NCBI RefSeq assembly: GCF_041146345.1
Contig: NW_027191411.1
Location: 1,984,001 to 2,021,948 of the forward strand
Reading direction: 5' to 3'
Length of the DNA stretch: 37,948 bases
Source of the DNA: Neodothiora populina
Lineage: Eukaryota
Shown: positions 34,140-37,948 of the stretch, piece after piece
How positions within the stretch are numbered: the stretch's first letter is position 1
Layout: each line of letters starts with the position of its first letter
Notes under the pieces: generated by a model
What the model was told of the DNA's origin: nothing
Databases searched by the model: none
Seen by the model: the letters and a program-made list of their open reading frames with translations, nothing else
Program-made: the position numbers and the translations under genes

Positions 34140-34620
34140 TTCGATGGTCTATTGTGAGTTCCAATTGTCGTTGAACTGTCACCTGGGGTCTTAGGGTACC
34201 CTTTAAGAAGCAAATAATATTAGTACTTAAGGAGATCTGTTTGCTTGCAAAGGGGGGTGATCTTTAAGACTAACTCTTATAATAACTTCCTATAATCCCT
34301 TTGTTAGTCTTAGTTAGCTTAAACAGATGCATAAAGTGTAAGGCTTACCTTACGTGCATTCTCTTCATGTAATGCGGAATAGTGCTATCCTATTTCCTGA
34401 TCACTCTAACTACAGTGCCTATAACAGTATCGATCGCAAACTCTGGGTGTGACTAGTCTGTTGTTTAGGTAGCAACCGATACAATTATTAATGATCTAGC
34501 AATAATTAGTATAAGTGCAGCGAAAGCTCTTAGCGGGTTTCGCAAAACAATTCTTTGTTGTTATCAAGTCTGGCTAGACTTGCTTGCCGTATATAGCCTA
34601 AAGTAATTGCCTTTCGCCTA
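34140..34620. other. AT/TpA-rich patch resembling RIP-mutated DNA
   Basis: Visibly dense TA/TTA/TAA words (e.g. taactcttataataacttcctataatccctttgttagtcttagttagcttaaac) compared with the rest of the window; no index was computed. Confidence 0.4.
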
Positions 34621-37600
34621 TATCAACTCGATGTGGGTGCCTACTTCAACAATGCGGCCTCCATCGAAGACATAGATCTTGTCTGCTTTAGCAATCGTAC
34701 TTAGTCTGTGGGCGACTGTGATGATCGTGCGACCTTTCCTAGCCGTCTCTAATGCCTGTTGGATAGCAACTTCGGATTGCGAGTCAAGCGCAGATGTAGC
34801 CTCATCGAGCAAAAGAATCTTGGCATTTCGTAGAAGAGCTCTGGCCAAAACTATGCGCTGCTTTTGCCCAACACTGGACTGGGTTCCTCTGGTTCCTACT
34901 TCTGTGTTGAGTCCATCCCTGATAGACGGTTAGAATCGAAAAACCCACCTTGCTCACATGATAATAAAGAACTCACGGAAGGCTCATGATAAAGTCGTAG
35001 ATGTTAGCGTCTTGACAGGCTCGTTTGAGCTCGTCATCAGTAAAGCCCAAGGGTCAAGTTCATCCGTACGGTTCCGCGAAAGAGATGTGGCTCCTGGCTG
35101 ACAAGCGCTATGCATCTTCGATAGGCGCAAAGGCGCAATGTCCTTATTGGTTTAGAACCAATGAGTATTGATCCATCAGTTGGGTCATAAAAGCGTTCAA
35201 TAAGTGAGAGGATAGTGCTCTTGCCAGAACCAGTCGCGCCGACAAGGGCTATGTTGGCACCTGCTGGAATACGCAAGCTGAGCTTGTCCAAAGCGAGATG
35301 GTCTGGGCTCGATGGGTACGCAAAACTGACCGAGTCAAACTCAACCTCACCGTGTATAGTACCAGGGTCGCTGCCGTCTGGAGACGATGGATCGATCGCA
35401 GACTTGCGAGCTAAAAGGCGCTGCAGAGACGTCGCAGCATGCTTCGCCTTGCCAAGGTCAGGCATCCAAGAGAAAATTACGCCAGCAGAGTTGGCACTAA
35501 GAAGCATCGAAGTTTGAACCGCGACAGCCTGGAAGAGACTGTATTCACTGTGAAGAATGAGCTGGCCACCGTACCAGAAGCCTAAGGCCATGCAGGCATT
35601 GTAAGCTGACTGTGACAAGGCGTACATCATTGACGTCTTGAGATTGATCTTCAAAGCCTCCGTCTGACTGGAGTCAAGTATGGTCTCGAATTCCTCGAGA
35701 ACCATCTTCTCTCTGGTTAGGGCTACAATCGTCTGAATGCCAGACAATGCCTCGCCTGCAAATGCCGCAGTATAGTTCGCAAGTTGCTCGTTCTCCTCTT
35801 CCGCAGCACTTACGAGCCAGATACTGAAGTATCCACCGCCGACTACCAAAGGTACAACCGACATGCATACTAGTCCTAGTTTCCAACCGAGGGCAAGCGC
35901 AACAATGATCCCAGACACAAGGGTGGAAACAGAAATCAGGATAATGCCCAATGCGCTGCCGTTCAAGCTAGCGAGTTCGCCGTTCGCGTCGGCTAGAAAT
36001 CCGGAAAGAGCTGCTGGTGGATTTTCTTTTCTGTCAAAGAATGACACATCCAACTTCAGATATTGTTGCAACACAAGGCTGCGTAGTCGATTGGTAAGAT
36101 TTCTAGTGCCGAATGAGAAAGATATGCCCTGGATAGTACAGCTGATAAACATTGTGAAAGCAAGCAAGAAGAATATCCAAGAGTAGAATGCTGTGTCAGA
36201 AAGAATCTTGTTCGTCTCGTCTTTCGGAAGCGCTAGTACTGTGATTACTTTACCGAAAAGCACGGCCGAAGCGGGCTCCTCACCTCCGGCAATAATACAG
36301 CAGATAAACCCAAGGAGTGGCCATTGTACCTCTTCTTTGTTGAGTTTGAATAAGAACACAATCGTGGAGAATATGGAAGAATGTGGCTCAATGTCTGAGA
36401 CTTGCGGAACCTCCGTAGCAACAGTCGCAGGCGTAAAGTTACTCCTTTGACCCGGACTGGCAGTGTCAGACCCGTCTGCTAGTGACTTGACCTCCAAGTT
36501 TGAACTCGTGGCCCTTATCCGCAGTCGACGCACCTTCGTAGTCTATGTTCTGTGCCTTAACGAATCCGTAGTAGTGAGATTTAGCAGTCACTAAGTCATC
36601 GTGAACGCCGCTCTCAACGACACGCCCTTTAGCTAGAACAATAATATTATCTGCATAGCGAATAGTAGAAAGACTATGAGCGATTACGATGGTAGTTCGT
36701 TGTCTGCCATGTACGGTCATAGACGACAGTAATCTAGCTTCTGTCTCGGCATCTAACGCAGACGTTGCCTCGTCAAGTATGAGAATGCGTGGATTGCCGA
36801 CAAGAGCTCTTGCGATAGCGATTCGTTGAAGCTGTCCGCCTGATAGTCTCGAGCCACGTGCTCCTACGATAGTGTCATATCCTTGAGGGAGTTGGTTGAT
36901 GAAGTCACTCGCTTGGGACATCTCGGCGGCCCTATAAACAAGACCTTGGCGCGTTTCCTTCGGTACGTCCTTCCAATTGGCGTTCGTCAACCCAAGTTCG
37001 ATATTCTCGAATACTGATCGGTTAAACATGAAGGACTCTTGTTTAACGATAGCAATCTGCTGTCGAAGCCAGTGAAGTTGGTAATTAGCAACATCCTTGC
37101 CATCCAATAATATGCGACCAGCGACAGGATCATAGAACCGCAATAATAAGCTCGAGATAGAGCTCTTGCCTGACCCGGAATGTCCTACTAAGGCGACAGT
37201 TTGACCCATGGGGAATGTAATACTGACGTCATCCAAGGCGATGGACTTCGGCCGGGTTGTGGATATATGCTTGATGCTCTGCAACTCTATCGTGCTGCCA
37301 AACTCGCGCGGAGCGTATCCTAAGTCAGATGATGGGTCGATGGGCGAGGTCCGTCGTAATATGCGGGATAGCCGCCGAATTCCCTCTGAAGCTGCCGCAA
37401 AGGCTTCATATTCGCTCCAACGCCTAAGACACGAAATGCTGCCGCTCTGGTAACATTTGCGATGGCCACGACAGACGTAAATGACGTCTCGTGACGGCTG
37501 AGGCGCCTAGACCCCTGCCAAAAGGCTAAGGCAACGCTGAAGTAGCCACTTGCAACACAGACAGCAATCAATGTTGAATTCAAAGATGTGAGGATAGACA

Positions 37601-37892
37601 CATTATTGGACGCGTTGCGTACAGACTTCATGTAGTTTTTGTGAACATAAGGCTGCATTCCTAGCGATGTCGTCGTCCTGATGGAACTCAGAGCTTCCTC
37701 GACGATAGCCGAGCCGGCGGAAGACGACGCCATACTTCGTCTGCTGTAGCGAACAGTCAACTTCACACCAAAGTATAGAACGGCGCAACCGAATGCGAGG
37801 GACCAGATGAGCTCGAACATAAGAACCCAATCTAGAGCAAAGCACACTACAACAGCAGCCACAAGCGTTCCAAGAGCACCGATTGTCTGAGA
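34564..37892 (-). pseudogene. ABCB/MDR full-size ABC transporter pseudogene, 5'-truncated by the telomere
   Basis: TMD1(partial)-NBD1([22 protein letters not shown])-TMD2-NBD2(GATGSGKS). Frameshifts at ~37408 and ~35042, a frame change at 36479-36533, NBD2 signature degraded to SSVGQ, and a premature TAG at 34618 before the natural end AKGNYFRLY...* at 34564. Intron 34919-34976. No start codon or promoter. Confidence 0.9.
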
Positions 37893-37948
37893 GGGTTAGG
37901 GTTAGGGTTAGGGTTAGGGTTAGGGTTAGGGTTAGGGTTAGGGTTAGG
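37892..37948 (+). repeat. Telomeric repeat (TTAGGG)n, right chromosome end
   Basis: AGGG followed by 8 perfect TTAGGG plus TTAGG running to the last base, with the G-rich strand oriented 5'->3' towards the end. Confidence 0.97.

Noticed and set aside
34190..34207. Single TTAGGG inside a short palindrome (AGGGTACCCT), a possible telomere-fusion scar
   Set aside because: One hexamer only and the mirror half is CCCTTT, not CCCTAA; expected by chance in TA-rich DNA.

Overview
Fungal (filamentous ascomycete-type; GT-AG introns with CTRAC/CTAAC branch sites) chromosome end. The window terminates in a (TTAGGG)n telomere that is fused directly into the coding sequence of a decayed ABCB/MDR transporter gene, with no subtelomeric repeat in between, which suggests terminal breakage healed by de novo telomere addition. 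Proximal to this (17.9-33.5 kb) lies a compact seven-gene block: two convergent DszA/NtaA-type and one intronless SsuD-type luciferase-like monooxygenases, a BVMO-type flavoprotein, an MDR oxidoreductase, an UNC-93-like MFS transporter and a DUR3-like solute symporter. Its soluble enzymes are depleted in Met/Cys and its intergenic regions carry repeated CYS-3/MetR-like ATKGYGYNAT sites, making it a candidate organosulfur-scavenging cluster. The left part holds the 5' 2.8 kb of the NRPS-like glycine betaine reductase ATRR (missed by the ORF track), a TALE-homeobox/C2H2 factor, a large protein with five Cys4 repeats, a GH3 homologue lacking its nucleophile, and two MFS gene remnants. All family assignments come from motif recognition by eye; no searches were run.
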